From Tubulanus polymorphus (lineage: Eukaryota; Animalia; Nemertea): DNA of 64,000 nt. Location of the stretch: contig NC_134035.1 in the NCBI RefSeq assembly GCF_964204645.1, positions 7,906,451 through 7,970,450 of the forward strand, written 5' to 3'. The position numbers were made by a program, and so were the translations under genes. The notes under the pieces were generated by a model. It was not told the origin of the DNA. It was given only the letters and a program-made list of their open reading frames with translations, and did no database searches. Below, piece after piece: positions 1 through 12,790 of this stretch (its first letter is position 1; each line of letters begins with the position of its first letter).

Positions 1-24
1 TTGAAATAAATCGAGCAAAATTTG

Positions 25-30
25 AAAAAA
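25..30 (-). terminator. Pol III oligo-T terminator (present after every 5S copy)
   Basis: T6 immediately after ...GTAGAC on the minus strand, with further T runs downstream. Confidence 0.9.
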
Positions 31-148
31 GTCTACAGCACCCGGTATTCCCAGGCGGTCACCCATCCAAGTACTAACCGGGCCCGACGTTGCTTAACTT
101 CGGTGATCGGACGAGAACCGGTGCTTTCAACGTGGTATGGCCGTAGAC
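30..148 (-). rRNA. 5S rRNA copy 1
   Basis: Minus strand reads GTCTACGGCCATACCACGTTGAAAGCACCGGTTCTCGTCCGATCACCGAAGTTAAGCAACGTCGGGCCCGGTTAGTACTTGGATGGGTGACCGCCTGGGAATACCGGGTGCTGTAGACT. This is a metazoan 5S with box A (AGTTAAGC), box C (GGATGGGTGACC) and a paired 5'/3' stem, followed by a T run. Confidence 0.99.
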
Positions 149-555
149 AACAAAACGTATCAATCTAACCGTTTTGATATTACCTTCACTTTTTATGTCT
201 CTTTTAACACAGTTTCAATTGCTCAACTGATAAAACCAGGTACAATTATCCATTCGCTCCATCGAAAGATGTAGAAACAAACGCCTTTCCCTTCGCTCAA
301 GGATCGGCGTTGAATAAGGCGGAGGAAACTATGAGAACAGCTACTTAGCAACACAATCTGTGACGTCACATTACCAGAAAACATCCAATCTTCTATCTCT
401 AACAAAGTATCGATTTGGGAATATATCTGCGACAACAAAATTTTGACGGCTTCGTTCAACTAATGGCGAAAACGAACAAGCAAATAAACAAACAAATAAA
501 CGGCTGTTTACGAGTGCTTTTAATTTTTGAAATAAATCGAGCAAAATTTGAAAAA

Positions 556-674
556 AGTCTACAGCACCCGGTATTCCCAGGCGGTCACCCATCCAAGTAC
601 TAACCGGGCCCGACGTTGCTTAACTTCGGTGATCGGACGAGAACCGGTGCTTTCAACGTGGTATGGCCGTAGAC
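556..674 (-). rRNA. 5S rRNA copy 2
   Basis: Same sequence as copy 1. Confidence 0.98.
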
Positions 675-1112
675 AACAAAACGTATCAATCTAACCGTTT
701 TGATATTACCTTCTCGATAGGATCGCCACCTCAGCGAGGCATCCACTTTTTATGTCTCTTTTAACACAGTTTCAATTGCTCAACTGATAAAACCAGGTAC
801 AATTATCCATTCGCTCCATCGAAAGATGTAGAAACAAACGCCTTTCCCTTCGCTCAAGGATCGGCGTTGAATAAGGCGGAGGAAACTATGAGAACAGCTA
901 CTTAGCAACACAATCTGTGACGTCACATTACCAGAAAACATCCAATCTTCTATCTATAACAAAGTATCGATTTGGGAATATATCTGCGACAACAAAATTT
1001 TGACGGCTTCGTTCAACTAATGGCGAAAACGAACAAGCAAATAAACAAACAAATAAACGGCTGTTTACGAGTGCTTTTAATTTTTGAAATAAATCGAGCA
1101 AAATTTGAAAAA

Positions 1113-1231
1113 AGTCTACAGCACCCGGTATTCCCAGGCGGTCACCCATCCAAGTACTAACCGGGCCCGACGTTGCTTAACTTCGGTGATCGGACGAGAA
1201 CCGGTGCTTTCAACGTGGTATGGCCGTAGAC
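1113..1231 (-). rRNA. 5S rRNA copy 3
   Basis: Same sequence as copy 1. Confidence 0.98.
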
Positions 1232-1667
1232 AACAAAACGTATCAATCTAACCGTTTTGATATTACCTTCTCGATAGGATCGCCACCTCAGCGAGGCGTC
1301 CACTTTTTATGTCTCTTTTAACAGAGTTTCAATTGCTCAACTGATAAAACCAGGTACAATTATCCATTCGCTCCATCGAAAGATGTAGAAACAAACGCCT
1401 TTCCCGTCGCTCAAGGATCGGCGTTGAATAAGGCGGAGGAAACTATGAGAACAGCTACTTAGCAACACAATCTGTGACGTCACATTACCAGAAAACATCC
1501 AATCTTCTATCTAACAAAGTATCGATTTGGGAATATATCTGCGACAACAAAATTTTGACAGCTTCGTTCAACTAATGGCGAAAACAAACAAGCAAATAAA
1601 CAAACAAATAAACGGCTGTTTGCGAGTGCTTTTAATTTTTGAAATAAATCGAGCAAAATTTGAAAAA

Positions 1668-1786
1668 AGTCTACAGCACCCGGTATTCCCAGGCGGTCAC
1701 CCATCCAAGTACTAACCGGGCCCGACGTTGCTTAACTTCGGTGATCGGACGAGAACCGGTGCTTTCAACGTGGTATGGCCGTAGAC
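1668..1786 (-). rRNA. 5S rRNA copy 4
   Basis: Same sequence as copy 1. Confidence 0.98.
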
Positions 1787-2224
1787 AACAAAACGTATCA
1801 ATCTAACCGTTTTGATATTACCTTCTCGATAGGATCGCCACCTCAGCGAGGCATCCACTTTTTATGTCTCTTTTAACACAGTTTCAATTGCTCAACTGAT
1901 AAAACCAGGTACAATTATCCATTCGCTCCATCGAAAGATGTAGAAACAAACGCCTTTCCCTTCGCTCAAGGATCGGCGTTGAATAAGGCGGAGGAAACTA
2001 TGAGAACAGCTACTTAGCAACACAATCTGTGACGTCACATTACCAGAAAACATCCAATCTTCTATCTCTAACAAAGTATCGATTTGGGAATATATCTGCG
2101 ACAACAAAATTTTGACGGCTTCGTTCAACTAATGGCGAAAACGAACAAGCAAATAAACAAACAAATAAACGGCTGTTTACGAGTGCTTTTAATTTTTGAA
2201 ATAAATCGAGCAAAATTTGAAAAA

Positions 2225-2343
2225 AGTCTACAGCACCCGGTATTCCCAGGCGGTCACCCATCCAAGTACTAACCGGGCCCGACGTTGCTTAACTTCGGTG
2301 ATCGGACGAGAACCGGTGCTTTCAACGTGGTATGGCCGTAGAC
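2225..2343 (-). rRNA. 5S rRNA copy 5
   Basis: Same sequence as copy 1. Confidence 0.98.
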
Positions 2344-2781
2344 AACAAAACGTATCAATCTAACCGTTTTGATATTACCTTCTCGATAGGATCGCCACCT
2401 CAGCGAGGCATCCACTTTTTATGTCTCTTTTAACACAGTTTCAATTGCTCAACTGATAAAACCAGGTACAATTATCCATTCGCTCCATCGAAAGATGTAG
2501 AAACAAACGCCTTTCCCTTCGCTCAAGGATCGGCGTTGAATAAGGCGGAGGAAACTATGAGAACAGCTACTTAGCAACACAATCTGTGACGTCACATTAC
2601 CAGAAAACATCCAATCTTCTATCTCTAACAAAGTATCGATTTGGGAATATATCTGCGACAACAAAATTTTGACGGCTTCGTTCAACTAATGGCGAAAACG
2701 AACAAGCAAATAAACAAACAAATAAACGGCTGTTTACGAGTGCTTTTAATTTTTGAAATAAATCGAGCAAAATTTGAAAAA

Positions 2782-2900
2782 AGTCTACAGCACCCGGTAT
2801 TCCCAGGCGGTCACCCATCCAAGTACTAACCGGGCCCGACGTTGCTTAACTTCGGTGATCGGACGAGAACCGGTGCTTTCAACGTGGTATGGCCGTAGAC
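2782..2900 (-). rRNA. 5S rRNA copy 6
   Basis: Same sequence as copy 1. Confidence 0.98.
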
Positions 2901-3336
2901 AACAAAACGTATCAATCTAACCGTTTTGATATTACCTTCTCGATAGGATCGCCACCTCAGCGAGGCGTCCACTTTTTATGTCTCTTTTAACAGAGTTTCA
3001 ATTGCTCAACTGATAAAACCAGGTACAATTATCCATTCGCTCCATCGAAAGATGTAGAAACAAACGCCTTTCCCGTCGCTCAAGGATCGGCGTTGAATAA
3101 GGCGGAGGAAACTATGAGAACAGCTACTTAGCAACACAATCTGTGACGTCACATTACCAGAAAACATCCAATCTTCTATCTAACAAAGTATCGATTTGGG
3201 AATATATCTGCGACAACAAAATTTTGACAGCTTCGTTCAACTAATGGCGAAAACAAACAAGCAAATAAACAAACAAATAAACGGCTGTTTGCGAGTGCTT
3301 TTAATTTTTGAAATAAATCGAGCAAAATTTGAAAAA

Positions 3337-3455
3337 AGTCTACAGCACCCGGTATTCCCAGGCGGTCACCCATCCAAGTACTAACCGGGCCCGACGTTGC
3401 TTAACTTCGGTGATCGGACGAGAACCGGTGCTTTCAACGTGGTATGGCCGTAGAC
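3337..3455 (-). rRNA. 5S rRNA copy 7
   Basis: Same sequence as copy 1. Confidence 0.98.
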
Positions 3456-3893
3456 AACAAAACGTATCAATCTAACCGTTTTGATATTACCTTCTCGATA
3501 GGATCGCCACCTCAGCGAGGCATCCACTTTTTATGTCTCTTTTAACACAGTTTCAATTGCTCAACTGATAAAACCAGGTACAATTATCCATTCGCTCCAT
3601 CGAAAGATGTAGAAACAAACGCCTTTCCCTTCGCTCAAGGATCGGCGTTGAATAAGGCGGAGGAAACTATGAGAACAGCTACTTAGCAACACAATCTGTG
3701 ACGTCACATTACCAGAAAACATCCAATCTTCTATCTCTAACAAAGTATCGATTTGGGAATATATCTGCGACAACAAAATTTTGACGGCTTCGTTCAACTA
3801 ATGGCGAAAACGAACAAGCAAATAAACAAACAAATAAACGGCTGTTTACGAGTGCTTTTAATTTTTGAAATAAATCGAGCAAAATTTGAAAAA

Positions 3894-4012
3894 AGTCTAC
3901 AGCACCCGGTATTCCCAGGCGGTCACCCATCCAAGTACTAACCGGGCCCGACGTTGCTTAACTTCGGTGATCGGACGAGAACCGGTGCTTTCAACGTGGT
4001 ATGGCCGTAGAC
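3894..4012 (-). rRNA. 5S rRNA copy 8
   Basis: Same sequence as copy 1. Confidence 0.98.
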
Positions 4013-4419
4013 AACAAAACGTATCAATCTAACCGTTTTGATATTACCTTCACTTTTTATGTCTCTTTTAACACAGTTTCAATTGCTCAACTGATAAAAC
4101 CAGGTACAATTATCCATTCGCTCCATCGAAAGATGTAGAAACAAACGCCTTTCCCTTCGCTCAAGGATCGGCGTTGAATAAGGCGGAGGAAACTATGAGA
4201 ACAGCTACTTAGCAACACAATCTGTGACGTCACATTACCAGAAAACATCCAATCTTCTATCTCTAACAAAGTATCGATTTGGGAATATATCTGCGACAAC
4301 AAAATTTTGACGGCTTCGTTCAACTAATGGCGAAAACGAACAAGCAAATAAACAAACAAATAAACGGCTGTTTACGAGTGCTTTTAATTTTTGAAATAAA
4401 TCGAGCAAAATTTGAAAAA

Positions 4420-4538
4420 AGTCTACAGCACCCGGTATTCCCAGGCGGTCACCCATCCAAGTACTAACCGGGCCCGACGTTGCTTAACTTCGGTGATCGG
4501 ACGAGAACCGGTGCTTTCAACGTGGTATGGCCGTAGAC
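4420..4538 (-). rRNA. 5S rRNA copy 9
   Basis: Same sequence as copy 1. Confidence 0.98.
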
Positions 4539-4945
4539 AACAAAACGTATCAATCTAACCGTTTTGATATTACCTTCACTTTTTATGTCTCTTTTAACAC
4601 AGTTTCAATTGCTCAACTGATAAAACCAGGTACAATTATCCATTCGCTCCATCGAAAGATGTAGAAACAAACGCCTTTCCCTTCGCTCAAGGATCGGCGT
4701 TGAATAAGGCGGAGGAAACTATGAGAACAGCTACTTAGCAACACAATCTGTGACGTCACATTACCAGAAAACATCCAATCTTCTATCTCTAACAAAGTAT
4801 CGATTTGGGAATATATCTGCGACAACAAAATTTTGACGGCTTCGTTCAACTAATGGCGAAAACGAACAAGCAAATAAACAAACAAATAAACGGCTGTTTA
4901 CGAGTGCTTTTAATTTTTGAAATAAATCGAGCAAAATTTGAAAAA

Positions 4946-5064
4946 AGTCTACAGCACCCGGTATTCCCAGGCGGTCACCCATCCAAGTACTAACCGGGCC
5001 CGACGTTGCTTAACTTCGGTGATCGGACGAGAACCGGTGCTTTCAACGTGGTATGGCCGTAGAC
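4946..5064 (-). rRNA. 5S rRNA copy 10
   Basis: Same sequence as copy 1. Confidence 0.98.
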
Positions 5065-5502
5065 AACAAAACGTATCAATCTAACCGTTTTGATATTACC
5101 TTCTCGATAGGATCGCCACCTCAGCGAGGCATCCACTTTTTATGTCTCTTTTAACACAGTTTCAATTGCTCAACTGATAAAACCAGGTACAATTATCCAT
5201 TCGCTCCATCGAAAGATGTAGAAACAAACGCCTTTCCCTTCGCTCAAGGATCGGCGTTGAATAAGGCGGAGGAAACTATGAGAACAGCTACTTAGCAACA
5301 CAATCTGTGACGTCACATTACCAGAAAACATCCAATCTTCTATCTCTAACAAAGTATCGATTTGGGAATATATCTGCGACAACAAAATTTTGACGGCTTC
5401 GTTCAACTAATGGCGAAAACGAACAAGCAAATAAACAAACAAATAAACGGCTGTTTACGAGTGCTTTTAATTTTTGAAATAAATCGAGCAAAATTTGAAA
5501 AA

Positions 5503-5621
5503 AGTCTACAGCACCCGGTATTCCCAGGCGGTCACCCATCCAAGTACTAACCGGGCCCGACGTTGCTTAACTTCGGTGATCGGACGAGAACCGGTGCTTT
5601 CAACGTGGTATGGCCGTAGAC
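5503..5621 (-). rRNA. 5S rRNA copy 11
   Basis: Same sequence as copy 1. Confidence 0.98.
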
Positions 5622-6057
5622 AACAAAACGTATCAATCTAACCGTTTTGATATTACCTTCTCGATAGGATCGCCACCTCAGCGAGGCGTCCACTTTTTAT
5701 GTCTCTTTTAACAGAGTTTCAATTGCTCAACTGATAAAACCAGGTACAATTATCCATTCGCTCCATCGAAAGATGTAGAAACAAACGCCTTTCCCGTCGC
5801 TCAAGGATCGGCGTTGAATAAGGCGGAGGAAACTATGAGAACAGCTACTTAGCAACACAATCTGTGACGTCACATTACCAGAAAACATCCAATCTTCTAT
5901 CTAACAAAGTATCGATTTGGGAATATATCTGCGACAACAAAATTTTGACAGCTTCGTTCAACTAATGGCGAAAACAAACAAGCAAATAAACAAACAAATA
6001 AACGGCTGTTTGCGAGTGCTTTTAATTTTTGAAATAAATCGAGCAAAATTTGAAAAA

Positions 6058-6176
6058 AGTCTACAGCACCCGGTATTCCCAGGCGGTCACCCATCCAAGT
6101 ACTAACCGGGCCCGACGTTGCTTAACTTCGGTGATCGGACGAGAACCGGTGCTTTCAACGTGGTATGGCCGTAGAC
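6058..6176 (-). rRNA. 5S rRNA copy 12
   Basis: Same sequence as copy 1. Confidence 0.98.
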
Positions 6177-6614
6177 AACAAAACGTATCAATCTAACCGT
6201 TTTGATATTACCTTCTCGATAGGATCGCCACCTCAGCGAGGCATCCACTTTTTATGTCTCTTTTAACACAGTTTCAATTGCTCAACTGATAAAACCAGGT
6301 ACAATTATCCATTCGCTCCATCGAAAGATGTAGAAACAAACGCCTTTCCCTTCGCTCAAGGATCGGCGTTGAATAAGGCGGAGGAAACTATGAGAACAGC
6401 TACTTAGCAACACAATCTGTGACGTCACATTACCAGAAAACATCCAATCTTCTATCTCTAACAAAGTATCGATTTGGGAATATATCTGCGACAACAAAAT
6501 TTTGACGGCTTCGTTCAACTAATGGCGAAAACGAACAAGCAAATAAACAAACAAATAAACGGCTGTTTACGAGTGCTTTTAATTTTTGAAATAAATCGAG
6601 CAAAATTTGAAAAA

Positions 6615-6733
6615 AGTCTACAGCACCCGGTATTCCCAGGCGGTCACCCATCCAAGTACTAACCGGGCCCGACGTTGCTTAACTTCGGTGATCGGACGAG
6701 AACCGGTGCTTTCAACGTGGTATGGCCGTAGAC
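6615..6733 (-). rRNA. 5S rRNA copy 13
   Basis: Same sequence as copy 1. Confidence 0.98.
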
Positions 6734-7140
6734 AACAAAACGTATCAATCTAACCGTTTTGATATTACCTTCACTTTTTATGTCTCTTTTAACACAGTTT
6801 CAATTGCTCAACTGATAAAACCAGGTACAATTATCCATTCGCTCCATCGAAAGATGTAGAAACAAACGCCTTTCCCTTCGCTCAAGGATCGGCGTTGAAT
6901 AAGGCGGAGGAAACTATGAGAACAGCTACTTAGCAACACAATCTGTGACGTCACATTACCAGAAAACATCCAATCTTCTATCTCTAACAAAGTATCGATT
7001 TGGGAATATATCTGCGACAACAAAATTTTGACGGCTTCGTTCAACTAATGGCGAAAACGAACAAGCAAATAAACAAACAAATAAACGGCTGTTTACGAGT
7101 GCTTTTAATTTTTGAAATAAATCGAGCAAAATTTGAAAAA

Positions 7141-7259
7141 AGTCTACAGCACCCGGTATTCCCAGGCGGTCACCCATCCAAGTACTAACCGGGCCCGACG
7201 TTGCTTAACTTCGGTGATCGGACGAGAACCGGTGCTTTCAACGTGGTATGGCCGTAGAC
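7141..7259 (-). rRNA. 5S rRNA copy 14
   Basis: Same sequence as copy 1. Confidence 0.98.
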
Positions 7260-7666
7260 AACAAAACGTATCAATCTAACCGTTTTGATATTACCTTCAC
7301 TTTTTATGTCTCTTTTAACACAGTTTCAATTGCTCAACTGATAAAACCAGGTACAATTATCCATTCGCTCCATCGAAAGATGTAGAAACAAACGCCTTTC
7401 CCTTCGCTCAAGGATCGGCGTTGAATAAGGCGGAGGAAACTATGAGAACAGCTACTTAGCAACACAATCTGTGACGTCACATTACCAGAAAACATCCAAT
7501 CTTCTATCTCTAACAAAGTATCGATTTGGGAATATATCTGCGACAACAAAATTTTGACGGCTTCGTTCAACTAATGGCGAAAACGAACAAGCAAATAAAC
7601 AAACAAATAAACGGCTGTTTACGAGTGCTTTTAATTTTTGAAATAAATCGAGCAAAATTTGAAAAA

Positions 7667-7785
7667 AGTCTACAGCACCCGGTATTCCCAGGCGGTCACC
7701 CATCCAAGTACTAACCGGGCCCGACGTTGCTTAACTTCGGTGATCGGACGAGAACCGGTGCTTTCAACGTGGTATGGCCGTAGAC
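7667..7785 (-). rRNA. 5S rRNA copy 15
   Basis: Same sequence as copy 1. Confidence 0.98.
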
Positions 7786-8223
7786 AACAAAACGTATCAA
7801 TCTAACCGTTTTGATATTACCTTCTCGATAGGATCGCCACCTCAGCGAGGCATCCACTTTTTATGTCTCTTTTAACACAGTTTCAATTGCTCAACTGATA
7901 AAACCAGGTACAATTATCCATTCGCTCCATCGAAAGATGTAGAAACAAACGCCTTTCCCTTCGCTCAAGGATCGGCGTTGAATAAGGCGGAGGAAACTAT
8001 GAGAACAGCTACTTAGCAACACAATCTGTGACGTCACATTACCAGAAAACATCCAATCTTCTATCTCTAACAAAGTATCGATTTGGGAATATATCTGCGA
8101 CAACAAAATTTTGACGGCTTCGTTCAACTAATGGCGAAAACGAACAAGCAAATAAACAAACAAATAAACGGCTGTTTACGAGTGCTTTTAATTTTTGAAA
8201 TAAATCGAGCAAAATTTGAAAAA

Positions 8224-8342
8224 AGTCTACAGCACCCGGTATTCCCAGGCGGTCACCCATCCAAGTACTAACCGGGCCCGACGTTGCTTAACTTCGGTGA
8301 TCGGACGAGAACCGGTGCTTTCAACGTGGTATGGCCGTAGAC
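8224..8342 (-). rRNA. 5S rRNA copy 16
   Basis: Same sequence as copy 1. Confidence 0.98.
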
Positions 8343-8778
8343 AACAAAACGTATCAATCTAACCGTTTTGATATTACCTTCTCGATAGGATCGCCACCTC
8401 AGCGAGGCGTCCACTTTTTATGTCTCTTTTAACAGAGTTTCAATTGCTCAACTGATAAAACCAGGTACAATTATCCATTCGCTCCATCGAAAGATGTAGA
8501 AACAAACGCCTTTCCCGTCGCTCAAGGATCGGCGTTGAATAAGGCGGAGGAAACTATGAGAACAGCTACTTAGCAACACAATCTGTGACGTCACATTACC
8601 AGAAAACATCCAATCTTCTATCTAACAAAGTATCGATTTGGGAATATATCTGCGACAACAAAATTTTGACAGCTTCGTTCAACTAATGGCGAAAACAAAC
8701 AAGCAAATAAACAAACAAATAAACGGCTGTTTGCGAGTGCTTTTAATTTTTGAAATAAATCGAGCAAAATTTGAAAAA

Positions 8779-8897
8779 AGTCTACAGCACCCGGTATTCC
8801 CAGGCGGTCACCCATCCAAGTACTAACCGGGCCCGACGTTGCTTAACTTCGGTGATCGGACGAGAACCGGTGCTTTCAACGTGGTATGGCCGTAGAC
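8779..8897 (-). rRNA. 5S rRNA copy 17
   Basis: Same sequence as copy 1. Confidence 0.98.
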
Positions 8898-9333
8898 AAC
8901 AAAACGTATCAATCTAACCGTTTTGATATTACCTTCTCGATAGGATCGCCACCTCAGCGAGGCATCCACTTTTTATGTCTCTTTTAACACAGTTTCAATT
9001 GCTCAACTGATAAAACCAGGTACAATTATCCATTCGCTCCATCGAAAGATGTAGAAACAAACGCCTTTCCCTTCGCTCAAGGATCGGCGTTGAATAAGGC
9101 GGAGGAAACTATGAGAACTGCTACTTAGCAACACAATCTGTGACGTCACATTACCAGAAAACATCCAATCTTCTATCTAACAAAGTATCGATTTGGGAAT
9201 ATATCTGCGACAACAAAATTTTGACAGCTTCGTTCAACTAATGGCGAAAACAAACAAGCAAATAAACAAACAAATAAACGGCTGTTTGCGAGTGCTTTTA
9301 ATTTTTGAAATAAATCGAGCAAAATTTGAAAAA

Positions 9334-9452
9334 AGTCTACAGCACCCGGTATTCCCAGGCGGTCACCCATCCAAGTACTAACCGGGCCCGACGTTGCTTA
9401 ACTTCGGTGATCGGACGAGAACCGGTGCTTTCAACGTGGTATGGCCGTAGAC
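9334..9452 (-). rRNA. 5S rRNA copy 18
   Basis: Same sequence as copy 1. Confidence 0.98.
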
Positions 9453-9890
9453 AACAAAACGTATCAATCTAACCGTTTTGATATTACCTTCTCGATAGGA
9501 TCGCCACCTCAGCGAGGCATCCACTTTTTATGTCTCTTTTAACACAGTTTCAATTGCTCAACTGATAAAACCAGGTACAATTATCCATTCGCTCCATCGA
9601 AAGATGTAGAAACAAACGCCTTTCCCTTCGCTCAAGGATCGGCGTTGAATAAGGCGGAGGAAACTATGAGAACAGCTACTTAGCAACACAATCTGTGACG
9701 TCACATTACCAGAAAACATCCAATCTTCTATCTCTAACAAAGTATCGATTTGGGAATATATCTGCGACAACAAAATTTTGACGGCTTCGTTCAACTAATG
9801 GCGAAAACGAACAAGCAAATAAACAAACAAATAAACGGCTGTTTACGAGTGCTTTTAATTTTTGAAATAAATCGAGCAAAATTTGAAAAA

Positions 9891-10009
9891 AGTCTACAGC
9901 ACCCGGTATTCCCAGGCGGTCACCCATCCAAGTACTAACCGGGCCCGACGTTGCTTAACTTCGGTGATCGGACGAGAACCGGTGCTTTCAACGTGGTATG
10001 GCCGTAGAC
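9891..10009 (-). rRNA. 5S rRNA copy 19
   Basis: Same sequence as copy 1. Confidence 0.98.
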
Positions 10010-10445
10010 AACAAAACGTATCAATCTAACCGTTTTGATATTACCTTCTCGATAGGATCGCCACCTCAGCGAGGCATCCACTTTTTATGTCTCTTTTAAC
10101 ACAGTTTCAATTGCTCAACTGATAAAACCAGGTACAATTATCCATTCGCTCCATCGAAAGATGTAGAAACAAACGCCTTTCCCTTCGCTCAAGGATCGGC
10201 GTTGAATAAGGCGGAGGAAACTATGAGAACAGCTACTTAGCAACACAATCTGTGACGTCACATTACCAGAAAACATCCAATCTTCTATCTAACAAAGTAT
10301 CGATTTGGGAATATATCTGCGACAACAAAATTTTGACAGCTTCGTTCAACTAATGGCGAAAACAAACAAGCAAATAAACAAACAAATAAACGGCTGTTTG
10401 CGAGTGCTTTTAATTTTTGAAATAAATCGAGCAAAATTTGAAAAA

Positions 10446-10564
10446 AGTCTACAGCACCCGGTATTCCCAGGCGGTCACCCATCCAAGTACTAACCGGGCC
10501 CGACGTTGCTTAACTTCGGTGATCGGACGAGAACCGGTGCTTTCAACGTGGTATGGCCGTAGAC
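10446..10564 (-). rRNA. 5S rRNA copy 20
   Basis: Same sequence as copy 1. Confidence 0.98.
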
Positions 10565-11002
10565 AACAAAACGTATCAATCTAACCGTTTTGATATTACC
10601 TTCTCGATAGGATCGCCACCTCAGCGAGGCATCCACTTTTTATGTCTCTTTTAACACAGTTTCAATTGCTCAACTGATAAAACCAGGTACAATTATCCAT
10701 TCGCTCCATCGAAAGATGTAGAAACAAACGCCTTTCCCTTCGCTCAAGGATCGGCGTTGAATAAGGCGGAGGAAACTATGAGAACAGCTACTTAGCAACA
10801 CAATCTGTGACGTCACATTACCAGAAAACATCCAATCTTCTATCTCTAACAAAGTATCGATTTGGGAATATATCTGCGACAACAAAATTTTGACGGCTTC
10901 GTTCAACTAATGGCGAAAACGAACAAGCAAATAAACAAACAAATAAACGGCGGTTTACGAGTGCTTTTAATTTTTGAAATAAATCGAGCAAAATTTGAAA
11001 AA

Positions 11003-11121
11003 AGTCTACAGCACCCGGTATTCCCAGGCGGTCACCCATCCAAGTACTAACCGGGCCCGACGTTGCTTAACTTCGGTGATCGGACGAGAACCGGTGCTTT
11101 CAACGTGGTATGGCCGTAGAC
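11003..11121 (-). rRNA. 5S rRNA copy 21
   Basis: Same sequence as copy 1. Confidence 0.98.
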
Positions 11122-11559
11122 AACAAAACGTATCAATCTAACCGTTTTGATATTACCTTCTCGATAGGATCGCCACCTCAGCGAGGCATCCACTTTTTAT
11201 GTCTCTTTTAACACAGTTTCAATTGCTCAACTGATAAAACCAGGTACAATTATCCATTCGCTCCATCGAAAGATGTAGAAACAAACGCCTTTCCCTTCGC
11301 TCAAGGATCGGCGTTGAATAAGGCGGAGGAAACTATGAGAACAGCTACTTAGCAACACAATCTGTGACGTCACATTACCAGAAAACATCCAATCTTCTAT
11401 CTCTAACAAAGTATCGATTTGGGAATATATCTGCGACAACAAAATTTTGACGGCTTCGTTCAACTAATGGCGAAAACGAACAAGCAAATAAACAAACAAA
11501 TAAACGGCTGTTTACGAGTGCTTTTAATTTTTGAAATAAATCGAGCAAAATTTGAAAAA

Positions 11560-11678
11560 AGTCTACAGCACCCGGTATTCCCAGGCGGTCACCCATCCAA
11601 GTACTAACCGGGCCCGACGTTGCTTAACTTCGGTGATCGGACGAGAACCGGTGCTTTCAACGTGGTATGGCCGTAGAC
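11560..11678 (-). rRNA. 5S rRNA copy 22
   Basis: Same sequence as copy 1. Confidence 0.98.
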
Positions 11679-12114
11679 AACAAAACGTATCAATCTAACC
11701 GTTTTGATATTACCTTCTCGATAGGATCGCCACCTCAGCGAGGCATCCACTTTTTATGTCTCTTTTAACACAGTTTCAATTGCTCAACTGATAAAACCAG
11801 GTACAATTATCCATTCGCTCCATCGAAAGATGTAGAAACAAACGCCTTTCCCTTCGCTCAAGGATCGGCGTTGAATAAGGCGGAGGAAACTATGAGAACA
11901 GCTACTTAGCAACACAATCTGTGACGTCACATTACCAGAAAACATCCAATCTTCTATCTAACAAAGTATCGATTTGGGAATATATCTGCGACAACAAAAT
12001 TTTGACAGCTTCGTTCAACTAATGGCGAAAACAAACAAGCAAATAAACAAACAAATAAACGGCTGTTTGCGAGTGCTTTTAATTTTTGAAATAAATCGAG
12101 CAAAATTTGAAAAA

Positions 12115-12233
12115 AGTCTACAGCACCCGGTATTCCCAGGCGGTCACCCATCCAAGTACTAACCGGGCCCGACGTTGCTTAACTTCGGTGATCGGACGAG
12201 AACCGGTGCTTTCAACGTGGTATGGCCGTAGAC
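12115..12233 (-). rRNA. 5S rRNA copy 23
   Basis: Same sequence as copy 1. Confidence 0.98.
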
Positions 12234-12671
12234 AACAAAATGTATCAATCTAACCGTTTTGATATTACCTTCTCGATAGGATCGCCACCTCAGCGAGGCA
12301 TCCACTTTTTATGTCTCTTTTAACACAGTTTCAATTGCTCAACTGATAAAACCAGGTACAATTATCCATTCGCTCCATCGAAAGATGTAGAAACAAACGC
12401 CTTTCCCTTCGCTCAAGGATCGGCGTTGAATAAGGCGGAGGAAACTATGAGAACAGCTACTTAGCAACACAATCTGTGACGTCACATTACCAGAAAACAT
12501 CCAATCTTCTATCTCTAACAAAGTATCGATTTGGGAATATATCTGCGACAACAAAATTTTGACGGCTTCGTTCAACTAATGGCGAAAACGAACAAGCAAA
12601 TAAACAAACAAATAAACGGCTGTTTACGAGTGCTTTTAATTTTTGAAATAAATCGAGCAAAATTTGAAAAA

Positions 12672-12790
12672 AGTCTACAGCACCCGGTATTCCCAGGCGG
12701 TCACCCATCCAAGTACTAACCGGGCCCGACGTTGCTTAACTTCGGTGATCGGACGAGAACCGGTGCTTTCAACGTGGTATGGCCGTAGAC
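12672..12790 (-). rRNA. 5S rRNA copy 24
   Basis: Same sequence as copy 1. Confidence 0.98.

Noticed and set aside
521-530. AATTTTTGA Sm-site-like motif in the spacer
   Set aside because: AT-rich context and no recognisable snRNA or SL RNA body around it.
705-750. Spacer resemblance to the 5' ends of 7SK (GGATG..TGAGG..GCGATC on -), U2 (A.CCTTCTCG) or U3 box A (ATAGGATC)
   Set aside because: Only short matches; none of the downstream conserved elements of these RNAs follow.
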